Shown in pieces: positions 8,920 to 18,310 of a stretch of DNA of 64,000 nucleotides. Both the position numbers and the translations under genes were made by a program. The number at the start of each line of letters is the position of its first letter. Positions within the stretch are counted from its first letter, which is position 1. The DNA comes from a bacterium (GTDB taxonomy: Bacteria > UBA8248). Below the pieces are notes generated by a model. That model saw only the letters and a list, made by a program, of their open reading frames with translations, ran no database searches and was not told where the DNA came from. The DNA lies in assembly GCA_965199855.1 (NCBI GenBank), contig OZ241326.1, positions 608,001 through 672,000 on the forward strand, in the 5' to 3' direction.

Positions 8920-10592
8920 TTCGAGGCGCGGGGGGGCTGCCCGAACGGATTGGCGTGGGAGTAGGCCATCTCCTCGCTCGTGATGAACTCGAGCAGGGCG
9001 GGCGCGCCTTCCTCCGTCTTGCGCCTGGCCTCCAGGAAGGCCGCGCCGACTTCCGCCGGGTCCTCCACGCGCCTGGCCCATCCGCCCAGCGCCCTTGCGA
9101 TGTCGGCGTATTCGCCTCCCACGTCGCGCGTGCCGTATTTCTCGTGGGAGAGCGCCATGTGGCTCTTCTCCACCGCCATCGTGGAGTTCTTGAGCACCGC
9201 CGCGCAGATGGGCAGGTTCGCGCGGACGGCGGTTTCAAAGTCCAGCCCCGTCATGCCGAACGCCGCGTCGCCCATGAAGTTGACGCAGAACTTCTCCGGC
9301 GCCGCCAGCTTCGCGCCCATGATGAGGCCGAGCCCGGTGCCGAGCTGGTGGGATTTTCCCCAGCCCAGGTAGGACCTCGGCCCGTCCGACTGATAGAAGG
9401 GCAGAACCTCGTATCGCGGATTTCCCGAGTCGTGGGTGACGATGGCCCCGGACGCCGGCGCGCTTCGCATCAGCTCCCGGATCACGCGATAGGGGTTGAT
9501 GGGAACCTCATCGGAGTCGAGCTTCGGCGCCCATTCGTCCAGCCAGGACTTTCGCGCCCGCGCCACCCGCTCCTCCACGCCCTCGCGCGCCGCGCCGTCC
9601 GCGCCCCCGGCGCGCTCCGCGCAGCAGTCGATGAGCTGGCGAAGGACGAGCTTCGCGTCGCCGAGCAGGGGATGCTCTACGGGACGGCTCTTGCCCAGAT
9701 CGACCGGGTCGTTCGTCGCCTGGATGATTTTCTTTCCGGCGGGGACGGGGGCGGCGAGTCCGTGGTCGGTGAGGCTCGAGCCCACGGCGAACAGGACGTC
9801 CGCGTCCTTGAGGAAGCGCCAGGCGGGGCCGGCCATGACGCTCGAGCCCACGCCGAGCGCCAGCGGGTGGCGCTTCTCGGAGATGGCGCTTTTGCCCTCC
9901 ATGGTGGTCATCACGGGAATCCGAAGGAGCTCCGCCAGCTCCCGCAGCTCGTCCGTCGCCCGCGCGTAGAGGACGCCCGCGCCCGCGAGAATCACCGGGC
10001 GCTCCGCCTCCAGAAGGGCGCGGGCGGCGCGCTCGACGTCTTCGGGGTCCGCCTGGGCGCGCGTTCGCTTCACGGGCGCGTAGCCGCGCAGGAGGTCTTC
10101 GCTCACCTCCGCGACGGCTACGTCCGCCGGCAGCTCGACGAGGACGGGGCCCGGGCGTCCGTTTTTGAGCGCGCCGAAGGCGCGGCGCATGGCGTCCGCC
10201 GCTCGCTCGGGCACGCTGATCTGCTCCGCCGACTTCGTAACCGAGGCGTAGGAGCGGACGGAGCTGAACATCGGGAACACGCGATCCCGCCCCCTCGGGT
10301 GGCCGAGGGGAAGCAGCAGAACGGGCGAGGAGTCGGAGAAGGCGGTGGAGACGCCCGGAAAGGCGTTTTCCGCGCCCGGCCCGTACTGCATGGCGAAGAC
10401 GGCGGGGGCGGCGCCGTTGGTGACGCGGGCGTAGCCGTCGGCGATGCCCACCCCCACCCGCTCCTGGCGGCAGACGATCGGCCGAATCCCGACGGCGGCG
10501 GCCGCCTCGATCACGGGGGTGGTGGGGTAGCAGCTGAGGTATTTCACGCCCTCGCGCTTGAGGATTCCGGCGATGAGATCGACCACGCGCAT
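8916..10592 (-). CDS. Thiamine pyrophosphate-requiring enzyme (acetolactate synthase-like)
   Basis: RQERVGVGIADGYAR, QYGPG, TPP motif GDAAFGM...N. Start placed at MRVVD (GGAG RBS), shorter than the ORF track. Confidence 0.88.
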   Translation of the reverse strand: MRVVDLIAGILKREGVKYLSCYPTTPVIEAAAAVGIRPIVCRQERVGVGIADGYARVTNGAAPAVFAMQYGPGAENAFPGVSTAFSDSSPVLLLPLGHPRGRDRVFPMFSSVRSYASVTKSAEQISVPERAADAMRRAFGALKNGRPGPVLVELPADVAVAEVSEDLLRGYAPVKRTRAQADPEDVERAARALLEAERPVILAGAGVLYARATDELRELAELLRIPVMTTMEGKSAISEKRHPLALGVGSSVMAGPAWRFLKDADVLFAVGSSLTDHGLAAPVPAGKKIIQATNDPVDLGKSRPVEHPLLGDAKLVLRQLIDCCAERAGGADGAAREGVEERVARARKSWLDEWAPKLDSDEVPINPYRVIRELMRSAPASGAIVTHDSGNPRYEVLPFYQSDGPRSYLGWGKSHQLGTGLGLIMGAKLAAPEKFCVNFMGDAAFGMTGLDFETAVRANLPICAAVLKNSTMAVEKSHMALSHEKYGTRDVGGEYADIARALGGWARRVEDPAEVGAAFLEARRKTEEGAPALLEFITSEEMAYSHANPFGQPPRASN

Positions 10593-10785
10593 GCGGTTTC
10601 TCCGGTAGATCATCGAAAAGGGCTTCGTCCGGCGGATTCCCGAGTTTCCCATAGTTTCCGGTCCAAGAAAATTCGCGCCCCGGGAGCGGCGCGTCCCGTC
10701 CGTTTTCGCTACAATGCGCCCCGTCCGTCCTTTGCGCGGCGCGCTCGCGGCGCGCCCCGCGCTTTCGGGAAAGGGAAATCCGCTC

Positions 10786-11553
10786 ATGGCGAATCGGGAA
10801 GCGACCATATACGAGGTGAAGAACCGCGTCGCGTATCTCACCCTGAACCGGCCGGAGAAGAAGAACGCCATCAACCGCGCCATGCGGAAGGAGGTGCAGG
10901 ACGCCTACGCGGACATCGAGCGCAACCCGGAGGTCTGGGCGGCCGTCATCACCGCGGCGGGCGACGTTTTCTGCGCGGGGAAGGACATTCTGGAGAAGGC
11001 GCCCGAGGACGACGGGCGCGTGATGTCGAACGATGAGCTCTACCTGTATCTGCGCCACCTCTACAAGCCGATCATCTGCGCCATCAACGGCCCCTGCCTG
11101 GCCCAGGGCGCGGGCTTCGCGCTGAACTCGGACATCCTGATTTTCTCGGAGCGCGCCTCCCTCGGCTGGCCCCAGGTGAAGCGCGGCATCTCCTCGGTCA
11201 GCGGGCCCGCCATGTGCGCGCGTTCGATTCCGTGGCCGCAGGCGATGGGCTATCTCATGCGCGGGAGGCTCATCCCCGCGGAGGAGTGCCTTCGCCTGGG
11301 AATCGCCAACGAGGTGGTGGCGCACGAGGCGCTGCTGCCGACGGCGGAGCGCTACGCCGCCGAGATTCTCGAGTCCGCGCCCCTGGCGGTTCGCGCCATC
11401 AAGGAGGCGGCGCGGCGGGGGGAGGAACTGGGCTATCGGGACAGGGTGTACATGTCGCGCGACGTCGCGAACCGCATCCTCCGCACGGCGGACTCGAAGG
11501 AGGGCGTGCTGGCCTTCCGGGAGAAGCGGAAGCCCGAATGGCGCGGCGAGTAG
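10786..11553 (+). CDS. Enoyl-CoA hydratase/isomerase family protein
   Basis: LTLNRPEKKNAIN, FCAGKD, KPIICAING, AFREKRKPEW. Confidence 0.92.
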   Translation: MANREATIYEVKNRVAYLTLNRPEKKNAINRAMRKEVQDAYADIERNPEVWAAVITAAGDVFCAGKDILEKAPEDDGRVMSNDELYLYLRHLYKPIICAINGPCLAQGAGFALNSDILIFSERASLGWPQVKRGISSVSGPAMCARSIPWPQAMGYLMRGRLIPAEECLRLGIANEVVAHEALLPTAERYAAEILESAPLAVRAIKEAARRGEELGYRDRVYMSRDVANRILRTADSKEGVLAFREKRKPEWRGE

Positions 11554-11581
11554 CGCGGGCGTTCGGAGACGGGAGCGGAGA

Positions 11582-12586
11582 GTGGCGAAGCGCGCGGTCT
11601 GGGTGGGAACCCCCTTCATACTGAATTTCGAGGATCCCATGGAGATGTTCCGGCCCCTGGTGGACGAGGGGCTGGAGGTGCGCCTGGACGAGTGCCGCGG
11701 CCACATGCCCGAGGAGGACGTAATCGCCTGCCTGCCGGACGTCGAGGCCGTCATCGCCGGCGCCGAGCCTTACACCCGGAAGGTCTTGGAGAGCGCGCCC
11801 GCGCTTCGCGTCATCGCGCGCGCGGGAGTGGGCGTGAACAACGTTGACCTTCCGGCGGCCACGGAGCGGGGAATTCTCGTCGCGAACGCGGCGGGCCGGA
11901 ATTCAGAATCGGTGACGGAGCACCTCTTCGGCCTCATGCTCGGGGCGTGCCGGCGCATCGGCTGGCTGGACGCCGGGATTCGCAGGGGCCTCTGGCGGGA
12001 GATTCAGCCGCCGATGCGTCCCCTGAACGGCATGACGCTGGGGATTCTCGGCTTCGGAAACATCGGAAAGCAGGTGGCGAAAAGAGCGGTCGCCTTCGGC
12101 ATGAAGGTGATCACCCACGACATCGATCGGGACGAGGAGGCCGCCGCCGAGCTGGGCGCGCGGTTCGTGGGGCTGGAGACGCTGGCGCGCGAGTCGGACT
12201 ATCTCACCTGCCACGTTCCCCTGACGCCTGAGACCGAGCGCGTCATCAACCGCGAGATTCTGCGCGTGATGAAGCCGGGCGCCTTCGTGTTCAACACCTC
12301 GCGGGGAGGCGTCTTCGACCTCGACGCGCTCGCCGAGGCGCTTGCGGAGGGCGTCATCGCCGGCGCGGGGCTGGACGTGTATCCCGAGGAGCCGCCCGAT
12401 CCCGCGCATCCGGTCTTCTCGCTCGAGAACGTCGTGCTGACGCCGCACCTGGGCGGGCGCGGGGAGGACGCGATTCGCAACACCCTGCGCCACGCGGCGG
12501 GGTGCGTCCTGGCTTTCTTTCAGGGGACGCGGCCGCCCACGCTCGTCAACCCGGAAGCCTGGGAGGCTTCGCGCCGGCGGGGCTGA
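11582..12586 (+). CDS. D-isomer-specific 2-hydroxyacid dehydrogenase (phosphoglycerate dehydrogenase-like, no ACT domain)
   Basis: RAGVGVNNVD, GILGFGNIG, NTSRG, LDVYPEEP, TPHLGG. Confidence 0.9.
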   Translation: MAKRAVWVGTPFILNFEDPMEMFRPLVDEGLEVRLDECRGHMPEEDVIACLPDVEAVIAGAEPYTRKVLESAPALRVIARAGVGVNNVDLPAATERGILVANAAGRNSESVTEHLFGLMLGACRRIGWLDAGIRRGLWREIQPPMRPLNGMTLGILGFGNIGKQVAKRAVAFGMKVITHDIDRDEEAAAELGARFVGLETLARESDYLTCHVPLTPETERVINREILRVMKPGAFVFNTSRGGVFDLDALAEALAEGVIAGAGLDVYPEEPPDPAHPVFSLENVVLTPHLGGRGEDAIRNTLRHAAGCVLAFFQGTRPPTLVNPEAWEASRRRG

Positions 12587-12714
12587 GCCCTCCCTGCGAA
12601 GCGCCGCTGACGGCGTAGTGGAGAATCCTCGCCGCCCGCCCGGGCTCCTCCGCCGCGGCCACGACCGCGCCGCGCTCCTCCTGAAGCGCCGATGACGCGA
12701 AAGAATGACGCGGA

Positions 12715-12750
12715 ATGAAAAGCCCCGGCCCAATGAGGGCCGGGGCTTTC
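12715..12750. terminator. Bidirectional intrinsic terminator
   Basis: AAAGCCCCGGCCC-aatga-GGGCCGGGGCTTT hairpin with A/T tails on both sides. Confidence 0.8.
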
Positions 12751-12821
12751 GCATTTCGGTGACCTGGTGGGGATTCGCCTGGGCGAAGATGAACCCGGGA
12801 ACCTCCCCGCGGCTCTCTCCC

Positions 12822-12860
12822 CTAGGCGCCGGCCACCTCGTCCCTACAGTCCGTTTTCAT
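12822..12860 (-). CDS. Putative 12-aa small ORF MKTDCRDEVAGA within a stand-alone ~170-nt transcript (small protein or ncRNA)
   Basis: Preceded by GAAAGGAGGTGATCC (12879-12865) and a TTGACT-17-CATGAT promoter. Followed by a terminator at 12750-12715. Confidence 0.55.
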   Translation of the reverse strand: MKTDCRDEVAGA

Positions 12861-12891
12861 ATTGGGATCACCTCCTTTCCGACGTAGCCCC

Positions 12892-12920
12892 ATCATGCCG
12901 GAAGAGGAGAGAAAAGTCAA
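12892..12920 (-). promoter_or_regulatory. Sigma70-type promoter for the small transcript
   Basis: TTGACT (12920-12915), 17-nt spacer, CATGAT (12897-12892). Confidence 0.6.
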
Positions 12921-13013
12921 GAGGGGGCGCGGGGCGATCTCTGGCGGCCGCGCCTCGTCCGTGATATACCCGTTCCCGCGCGGCCGGGGAGGCTTCCGCG
13001 CCTCCGATCCGCC

Positions 13014-13106
13014 GGAGAGGTGTCCGAGAGGCCGAAGGAGTACGACTGGAAATCGTATAGGCGCCCACAAGGCGCCTCGAGGGTTCGAATCCCTCCCTCT
13101 CCGCCA
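13014..13106 (+). tRNA. tRNA-Ser (anticodon GGA)
   Basis: GGAGAGG acceptor stem, TACGA-CT-GGA-AA-TCGTA anticodon arm, long variable arm, GGTTCGAATCC, encoded CCA. Confidence 0.97.
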
Positions 13107-13133
13107 GCGAATCGTCCGCCGCGCCCGGAGGAA

Positions 13134-14162
13134 TCACCCGAAGAAGAGCTCGGCGGTGTCGAAGAAATCCTCCCGCAGCTCGTTCACCTTTCCGGATACC
13201 TCGTCCAGCGGAACCGGTTTGATGTCGCGCCCCTGAAGCGCGGCCATGACGCCCCAGGTTCCCTCGTGGGCGAATTCGCTCGCCCGCGCGCCCAGGCGGG
13301 TCGCCAGCACCCTGTCGTAGGGGACGGGGGAGCCGCCGCGCTGGATGTGCCCCAGGATGACGGCGCGCGTGTCCACGCTCATCCGGTCGCCGACTTCCTT
13401 GGCGAGGTATTCGCCGATGCCGCCGAGCTGGACGTGCCCGAACTCGTCCTGCGCCTGGCTTCGCGTCACGTAGTCCTCCATGCCCTTGGGCTTCGCGCCC
13501 TCGGCCACCACCACGTTGGCGAAGTTGCGCCCCCGCGCGAAGCGCGCCTTGAGGATATCGACCACCTCGTCGATGTCGAAGGGCCGCTCGGGCACGAGGA
13601 TGAGGTCGGCGCCGCCGGCGATGCCCGCGTAGGTGGCGAGCCAGCCCGACTGGCGCCCCATGACCTCGAGGATGATGACGCGGTCGTGCGCCTCGGCCGT
13701 GGTGCGCAGGCGGTCGATGGCGTCGGTGATGACGCCCACGGCGGTGTGGAAGCCGAAGGAGTAGTCCGTCAGCCCGATGTCGTTGTCGATGGTCTTGGGC
13801 ACGCTGATGACGTTGAAGCCCTCCCCGTTCAGGAAGGCGGCGACGCTCAGCGTGTCGTCGCCCCCGATGGCGATGAGGCCGTCGATGCGCGAGGCGCGCC
13901 AGTTTTCCCGGAGCTTGTCGAGCATGGCGGGGTCCTTCATCGGGTTCGTCCTGGAGGACCCCAGAATGGTGCCGCCCTGGTCGAGGATGCCGGAGATCAT
14001 CGGCCCCGTGATTTCCACGAAGTCCGCGTTCACCAGCCCGCGCCACCCCCGGCGCACGCCCAGGGTGGAGCTTCCGCGATGGAAATTCGAGGCTGTCACC
14101 GCGCGGATGACCGCGTTCAGTCCGGGGCAGTCGCCGCCGCCGGTCAATACTCCCAGCTTCAT
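13134..14162 (-). CDS. pfkA: 6-phosphofructokinase, PfkA family group III (probably PPi-dependent)
   Basis: GVLTGGGDCPGLNAVIR, GGTILGSSR, IGGDDT, PKTIDND, EVMGR, LGHIQRGG. Confidence 0.93.
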   Translation of the reverse strand: MKLGVLTGGGDCPGLNAVIRAVTASNFHRGSSTLGVRRGWRGLVNADFVEITGPMISGILDQGGTILGSSRTNPMKDPAMLDKLRENWRASRIDGLIAIGGDDTLSVAAFLNGEGFNVISVPKTIDNDIGLTDYSFGFHTAVGVITDAIDRLRTTAEAHDRVIILEVMGRQSGWLATYAGIAGGADLILVPERPFDIDEVVDILKARFARGRNFANVVVAEGAKPKGMEDYVTRSQAQDEFGHVQLGGIGEYLAKEVGDRMSVDTRAVILGHIQRGGSPVPYDRVLATRLGARASEFAHEGTWGVMAALQGRDIKPVPLDEVSGKVNELREDFFDTAELFFG

Positions 14163-14299
14163 GGCTCGCGCTTCCTTCTGATGGGGGGACGTTCACGCGC
14201 TTTCCGTATGCCTCGCATCATACCACAGCCGGGGGCGGGGGGGAGGGATACCGGCTTCCGGGCTTCGGCGGGCGCCGAGAGCGTGAGCGGCAAGTCAGG

Positions 14300-14773
14300 T
14301 CAAGAGGCGCGTCTTTTGATTTCGCCTCCGTTTTTCTCTCCAAGGTGCACGATGTCCCAATCGCCCCACTGCCGCTTGAGATATTCCGCAACGAGGCGGC
14401 GGTGGCAGTGGTGGGGCTGGTCTTCACTGCACAGCAGGCAGCCGTTTTCCACGACGTCCTTGGGGGTTGTTTCCTCGATGCGCCGTTCTCGCATCAATCC
14501 CATGAATCGGGCTTCATAGGTTTCCCAGTCGATCAGCTTCTTCCTGTAGTCGCGCAGCAGATCCCGCGTGGGCGCAAGCTGCGGCAGATGCGCGTAGTCC
14601 ATTCCGCAAATTTCCCGCAGGAAATAGGACAGATCGTCCCGTTTGGCGAAGCCGGCGAGTTGCGAGGCGTTGTTCAGCCGCACGTCAATGATTCGCCGCG
14701 CGCCCGACGCCCGCAGGAGATGGAAAAAATCACCGGCTGATTTTCTGGTGAAGCCGATGGTGAAAATGTTCAT
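14300..14773 (-). CDS. DUF488 family protein (short type)
   Basis: IFTIGFT, IDVRL, LLCSEDQPHHCHRRLVAEYL. Confidence 0.88.
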   Translation of the reverse strand: MNIFTIGFTRKSAGDFFHLLRASGARRIIDVRLNNASQLAGFAKRDDLSYFLREICGMDYAHLPQLAPTRDLLRDYRKKLIDWETYEARFMGLMRERRIEETTPKDVVENGCLLCSEDQPHHCHRRLVAEYLKRQWGDWDIVHLGEKNGGEIKRRAS

Positions 14774-15396
14774 GCGCTTCGGGCGGCGGCGCGGGCGGCT
14801 TGGGCCTCGTCCTGGCGTGAGATTCGCCGCGCCTGTCTGGCGATAACTCTCGCAATCCGCTGGTCGCGCCGTTCAAACAGCTCCCCCTGCTGCGGGTCGC
14901 CATACAGGGCGAGCAGCCGATCCATGGCGTCGAAATGCGTCTCCAGCCTCCCGTCGGCGAGGATGTGTCTCACCTTGACGCCTCGCGCCTCAAGAGCCCG
15001 CGCCACCAGCAGGGCGCGATGGCACGCCAGAGGCTCTTTCTCCGCGCACATGAGCGCGAGGCGGCGATCGGCGGCGTCGTGAACAATCCGCTCCAGTCCG
15101 CGCCGGAATGGTTCGGTTCTACTGATGCGGTCGTAACAGACGCGCCCGTTTTCATAGCAGGAGGGATCGTCCGATCTGCCTCCCAATTCCAGTCCATGGA
15201 ACGCGTACTCAATCCCGCTCGCGGCGAGGCCGCGCGCCAGCGGCTCGCGGTTGAATTGCGGATTGTGACGGCTGAACGGCGCCGAGCGGACGTCCGCCAG
15301 CGCGGCGACGCGATGCCGCCGCAGCAGCGCGGCGAACGCTTCAAGGGTATGCGTGGAATGGCCGATGGTGAGGATGTTCTCGTCAATTACGCTCAT
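14770..15396 (-). CDS. DUF488 family protein
   Basis: LTIGHST, DVRSAPFSRHNPQFN, LGGR, LMCAEKEPLACHR. Overlaps both neighbouring genes. Confidence 0.9.
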   Translation of the reverse strand: MSVIDENILTIGHSTHTLEAFAALLRRHRVAALADVRSAPFSRHNPQFNREPLARGLAASGIEYAFHGLELGGRSDDPSCYENGRVCYDRISRTEPFRRGLERIVHDAADRRLALMCAEKEPLACHRALLVARALEARGVKVRHILADGRLETHFDAMDRLLALYGDPQQGELFERRDQRIARVIARQARRISRQDEAQAARAAARSA

Positions 15397-16108
15397 TGCC
15401 CTGCTGCCCGCCCGCAGTGATTATCGCGGCGATGAGTTTGTAGCACGCGCCCTGATATTCCCCAAGGCTGATGGTAAGATAGCATTCACCGATTTCATAG
15501 TCTCCAGCCGGCTTGGCGAAATATGTTTGCTCGAATTTGGGGTCGGTAACCCAGAGAGCATATTCGTTGCCTGCGTGCGAGAATCGACCTTGCACGCGCA
15601 GCCTTGGCCTTCGGTGGCCGAAACCTTTATGCATGGCTACGTTGAGCTGCAAACACTCGATGCGGATTAGTCGCAACGAATCGGCGATCGAACCGGTTGT
15701 AGCCAGCGGGATTTTATTATTTTTACCTTTGCTGGTGCTGTGCCCGTCGAGCCAGAGTGGCCCGTCAGGGTCCGTGAGCGCTGGTAAATCGGACCGCGGC
15801 AGATGCCCGACTTTCCTCCAATCATGTTCGGAATCAAGCAGCCAGTTCTCGGTTTGATAGTCTTCAGGCTGTCGTTTCAAGAGCGGGATGTCGATGATGT
15901 CGAGCACCTGCGGGTCGCTTCTGTTTTCGTATTGCCGTTCATTCTTGCGTACTTCTTGGTTTTCGCGTGCGCTGACGGGTCGGATCCATTGTCCAGCTTG
16001 GTTGTCGCTCCACTCGCGGCCAGCGATGCACCTCCCGTTTGATTTCCGGGAGTTTGCGAGGCAGACGATGCGCTTCACATTCTGCATTTCGACGACTTCC
16101 TTTCGCAT
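15383..16108 (-). CDS. Dual OB-fold domain protein associated with DUF488
   Basis: IVCLANSRKSNGRCIAG, WIRPVS, QTENWL, VTDP, LTISLGE..CYKLIAAII. Lower GC than the flanks. Confidence 0.75.
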   Translation of the reverse strand: MRKEVVEMQNVKRIVCLANSRKSNGRCIAGREWSDNQAGQWIRPVSARENQEVRKNERQYENRSDPQVLDIIDIPLLKRQPEDYQTENWLLDSEHDWRKVGHLPRSDLPALTDPDGPLWLDGHSTSKGKNNKIPLATTGSIADSLRLIRIECLQLNVAMHKGFGHRRPRLRVQGRFSHAGNEYALWVTDPKFEQTYFAKPAGDYEIGECYLTISLGEYQGACYKLIAAIITAGGQQGNERN

Positions 16109-16459
16109 TCCAAAGCTTTCGCGCGCATCACCTGGGGATTGGGTGATGCAATTTTCTCCCCTATGCGGGCATCGGAAATTCTAGCATCTCGGATTTTCTC
16201 GAATCAAGGATGCCGTTGAGACGCTTTCTTGCCGGCGCCTTGTTTTCGTTATTCTCCCGTTCCTTCCGTTTTGCCCGATTGACTTTTCCGGGAGAGAGAG
16301 AAGCCCCCCCTCCCCCGGCGCCTGGCGCGGCGCGCGCTTTTCGTGCTAGAATCGCGCCCACGTCGAAAAACTGGAGAGATCGCGCGTCGGAGGGGTTTGC
16401 GGCCGGCCCCCGCTTTCGTCCCAAGTGGCCGCGTCATCTCGACAGGAAAGGAGAGCGCC

Positions 16460-17599
16460 ATGTCCAGGAAGGAGCCGCAGGAGCATCCCGGAATCCTCGT
16501 TCCCGAACCATCCGGCCTCACGCGCAGGAGCTTCATCCGGACCCTCGGCGCGGCGGCGGCCGCGCCCATGGCGTTCGCGGCGCGCGAGGCGGAGGCGGCG
16601 AGCTGGCCCGCGCGCCCCATCACCACGGTCGTCATGTACGCGGCGGGCGGCGGCACCGACACCGTCATCCGCACCCTGGTGGGGGAGATGGCCCGCTCCA
16701 CCGGCTGGCGCGTCAACGTCATCAACCGCCCCGGCTCCTCCGGCGGCGTGGCCACCCGCTACGTGCTCAACAAGGCGGCGGACGGCTACACGTGGCTGGG
16801 CGCGGCGAACTACAACAAGTTCGTCCGCCCGATGGGCTACGTGAACTCCGCGGCGTGGGAGGACTGGCAGCACTTCGGCGCGGCCACCTCGCTGGCGAGC
16901 TGGTCGGTGCGGCCCGACTCGCCCTTCAAGAGCTTCGGGGACGCGGTCGCCGCGGCCAAGAAGCGCTCCGGCAAGCTCACCATCTCCACCTCGGGGGTGG
17001 GCAGCATCTGGCACGAGGTGGGCGCCATCGTAGCGGACGCCGCGGGCGTCGAGCTGCGCTTCGTCCCCTACAAGGGCGGAAAGCCCGCCACCGTCGCGGG
17101 GCTTCAGGGCGAGGTGGACATCGCCGGCGGCGGCGTCCACGAGCACGTCGAGTTTCTGCGGGCGGGCAAGCTGCGCAACCTCATGCACACGGGTCCGAAG
17201 GATCTGGACATTCCGGACTACGGCAAGGCGTTCAGCGTGGGCAACTTCCTGCCCGCGCTCAAGGGGCTGCTGCCCATGGGCGGCACCTACAGCATCGGCG
17301 TCGAGCGGGCGGCGCCCGTCGAGGTTCTCGAGAAGATCAGGCCGGCGTGGATCGCCGCGGCGAAGTCCGAGGCCTTCGGGAAGATCGCGAAGCGCAAGTA
17401 TTTCCAGAGCGACATTCGCGTGGGCGCGGACGCGGATCGCCGCGCCGCCCTGCTGGAGTGCCTGAGCGCCAAGACCCTGCTGCGGCTTCAGAAGCACATC
17501 GGCAAGAAGGTGCGCGGCCCGAAGGAGCTCGGCCTTCCCGACCCGAAGAACTTCGACGCCTGGTGGCCTCCGAAGGGATACAAGCCCCGCATGAGCTAG
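16460..17599 (+). CDS. tctC: Tripartite tricarboxylate transporter substrate-binding protein (TctC/Bug) with Tat signal
   Basis: TRRSF twin-arginine signal, WPARPI..AAGGGTD, ADGYT, VPYKGG. Confidence 0.88.
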   Translation: MSRKEPQEHPGILVPEPSGLTRRSFIRTLGAAAAAPMAFAAREAEAASWPARPITTVVMYAAGGGTDTVIRTLVGEMARSTGWRVNVINRPGSSGGVATRYVLNKAADGYTWLGAANYNKFVRPMGYVNSAAWEDWQHFGAATSLASWSVRPDSPFKSFGDAVAAAKKRSGKLTISTSGVGSIWHEVGAIVADAAGVELRFVPYKGGKPATVAGLQGEVDIAGGGVHEHVEFLRAGKLRNLMHTGPKDLDIPDYGKAFSVGNFLPALKGLLPMGGTYSIGVERAAPVEVLEKIRPAWIAAAKSEAFGKIAKRKYFQSDIRVGADADRRAALLECLSAKTLLRLQKHIGKKVRGPKELGLPDPKNFDAWWPPKGYKPRMS

Positions 17600-17621
17600 C
17601 GGGCCTCCGCGACGCTCCCCG

Positions 17622-17653
17622 GACGGGCCGCCCCATTCGCCGGGCGGCCCGTC
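17622..17653 (+). terminator. GC-rich stem-loop after the binding-protein gene (attenuator or mRNA stabiliser)
   Basis: GACGGGCCGCCC / GGGCGGCCCGTC 12-bp inverted repeat between tctC and tctB. Confidence 0.55.
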
Positions 17654-17705
17654 TTGGGAGGGGCCGTTTTTCCGTCCCGCGCCCGGGACGCGCCGGGAGA
17701 GCCGC

Positions 17706-18308
17706 ATGGCCGCCCTGAAAGACGACGAACGCGAGGCCCGCCCGCCCGCCTCCTCCGAGGAGGCGCCCGGCGGCGCGCCCCCCGGAAAGGACCTGGCGGC
17801 GGCCGTCTGCGTGGGCGTCCTCGCGGTTTGCGCCATGCTCCTGGCGCTCCTCATGCCCGACCCCGGCGGCAACGTCTTCACCGCGCCGGGCTTCATGCCC
17901 TTTCTGACCGGCCTGAGCCTGCTCGTCATGGCCGCGGGCCTCGGGGCGAGCGCCCTCAAGAGGGGCGCCCGCGCGCGGGCGAATCTCCCGTCCGCCGGAA
18001 GGGGGCTGCGGCGCTATTTCGCCGACTATGAGAACCAGTGGGCGATCATCCTGATGGGCGTGGTGATCCTCTACGTGGCCCTCATCGACTGGGTCACCTT
18101 CGAGGTCTCGGCGCCGCTGGGTGCCTCGGGCTGGCGGATCGCCTTCAGCAGCTTCGAGGCGGTCACCATTCCCGCGCTGGCCGTCGCGCTCAAGATGTTC
18201 TGGCCGAAGCCCTTCCTCCGCTGCCTCGCCGTCTCGCTGGTCTCCACGCTGGTTCTGGCCGCCGCGTTTCGCTACGGCTTCGGAATTCCCCTGCCGGGAT
18301 CGGGATAG
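17706..18308 (+). CDS. tctB: Tripartite tricarboxylate transporter small membrane subunit TctB
   Basis: Several hydrophobic segments, APGFMP, C-terminal FGIPLP. Lies between tctC and tctA. Confidence 0.75.
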   Translation: MAALKDDEREARPPASSEEAPGGAPPGKDLAAAVCVGVLAVCAMLLALLMPDPGGNVFTAPGFMPFLTGLSLLVMAAGLGASALKRGARARANLPSAGRGLRRYFADYENQWAIILMGVVILYVALIDWVTFEVSAPLGASGWRIAFSSFEAVTIPALAVALKMFWPKPFLRCLAVSLVSTLVLAAAFRYGFGIPLPGSG

Positions 18309-18310
18309 GC

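Noticed and set aside
12865-12879. 16S rRNA 3'-end fragment (GGATCACCTCCTTTC)
   Set aside because: No adjoining 16S sequence such as helix 45. It is better explained as an extended SD on the minus strand.
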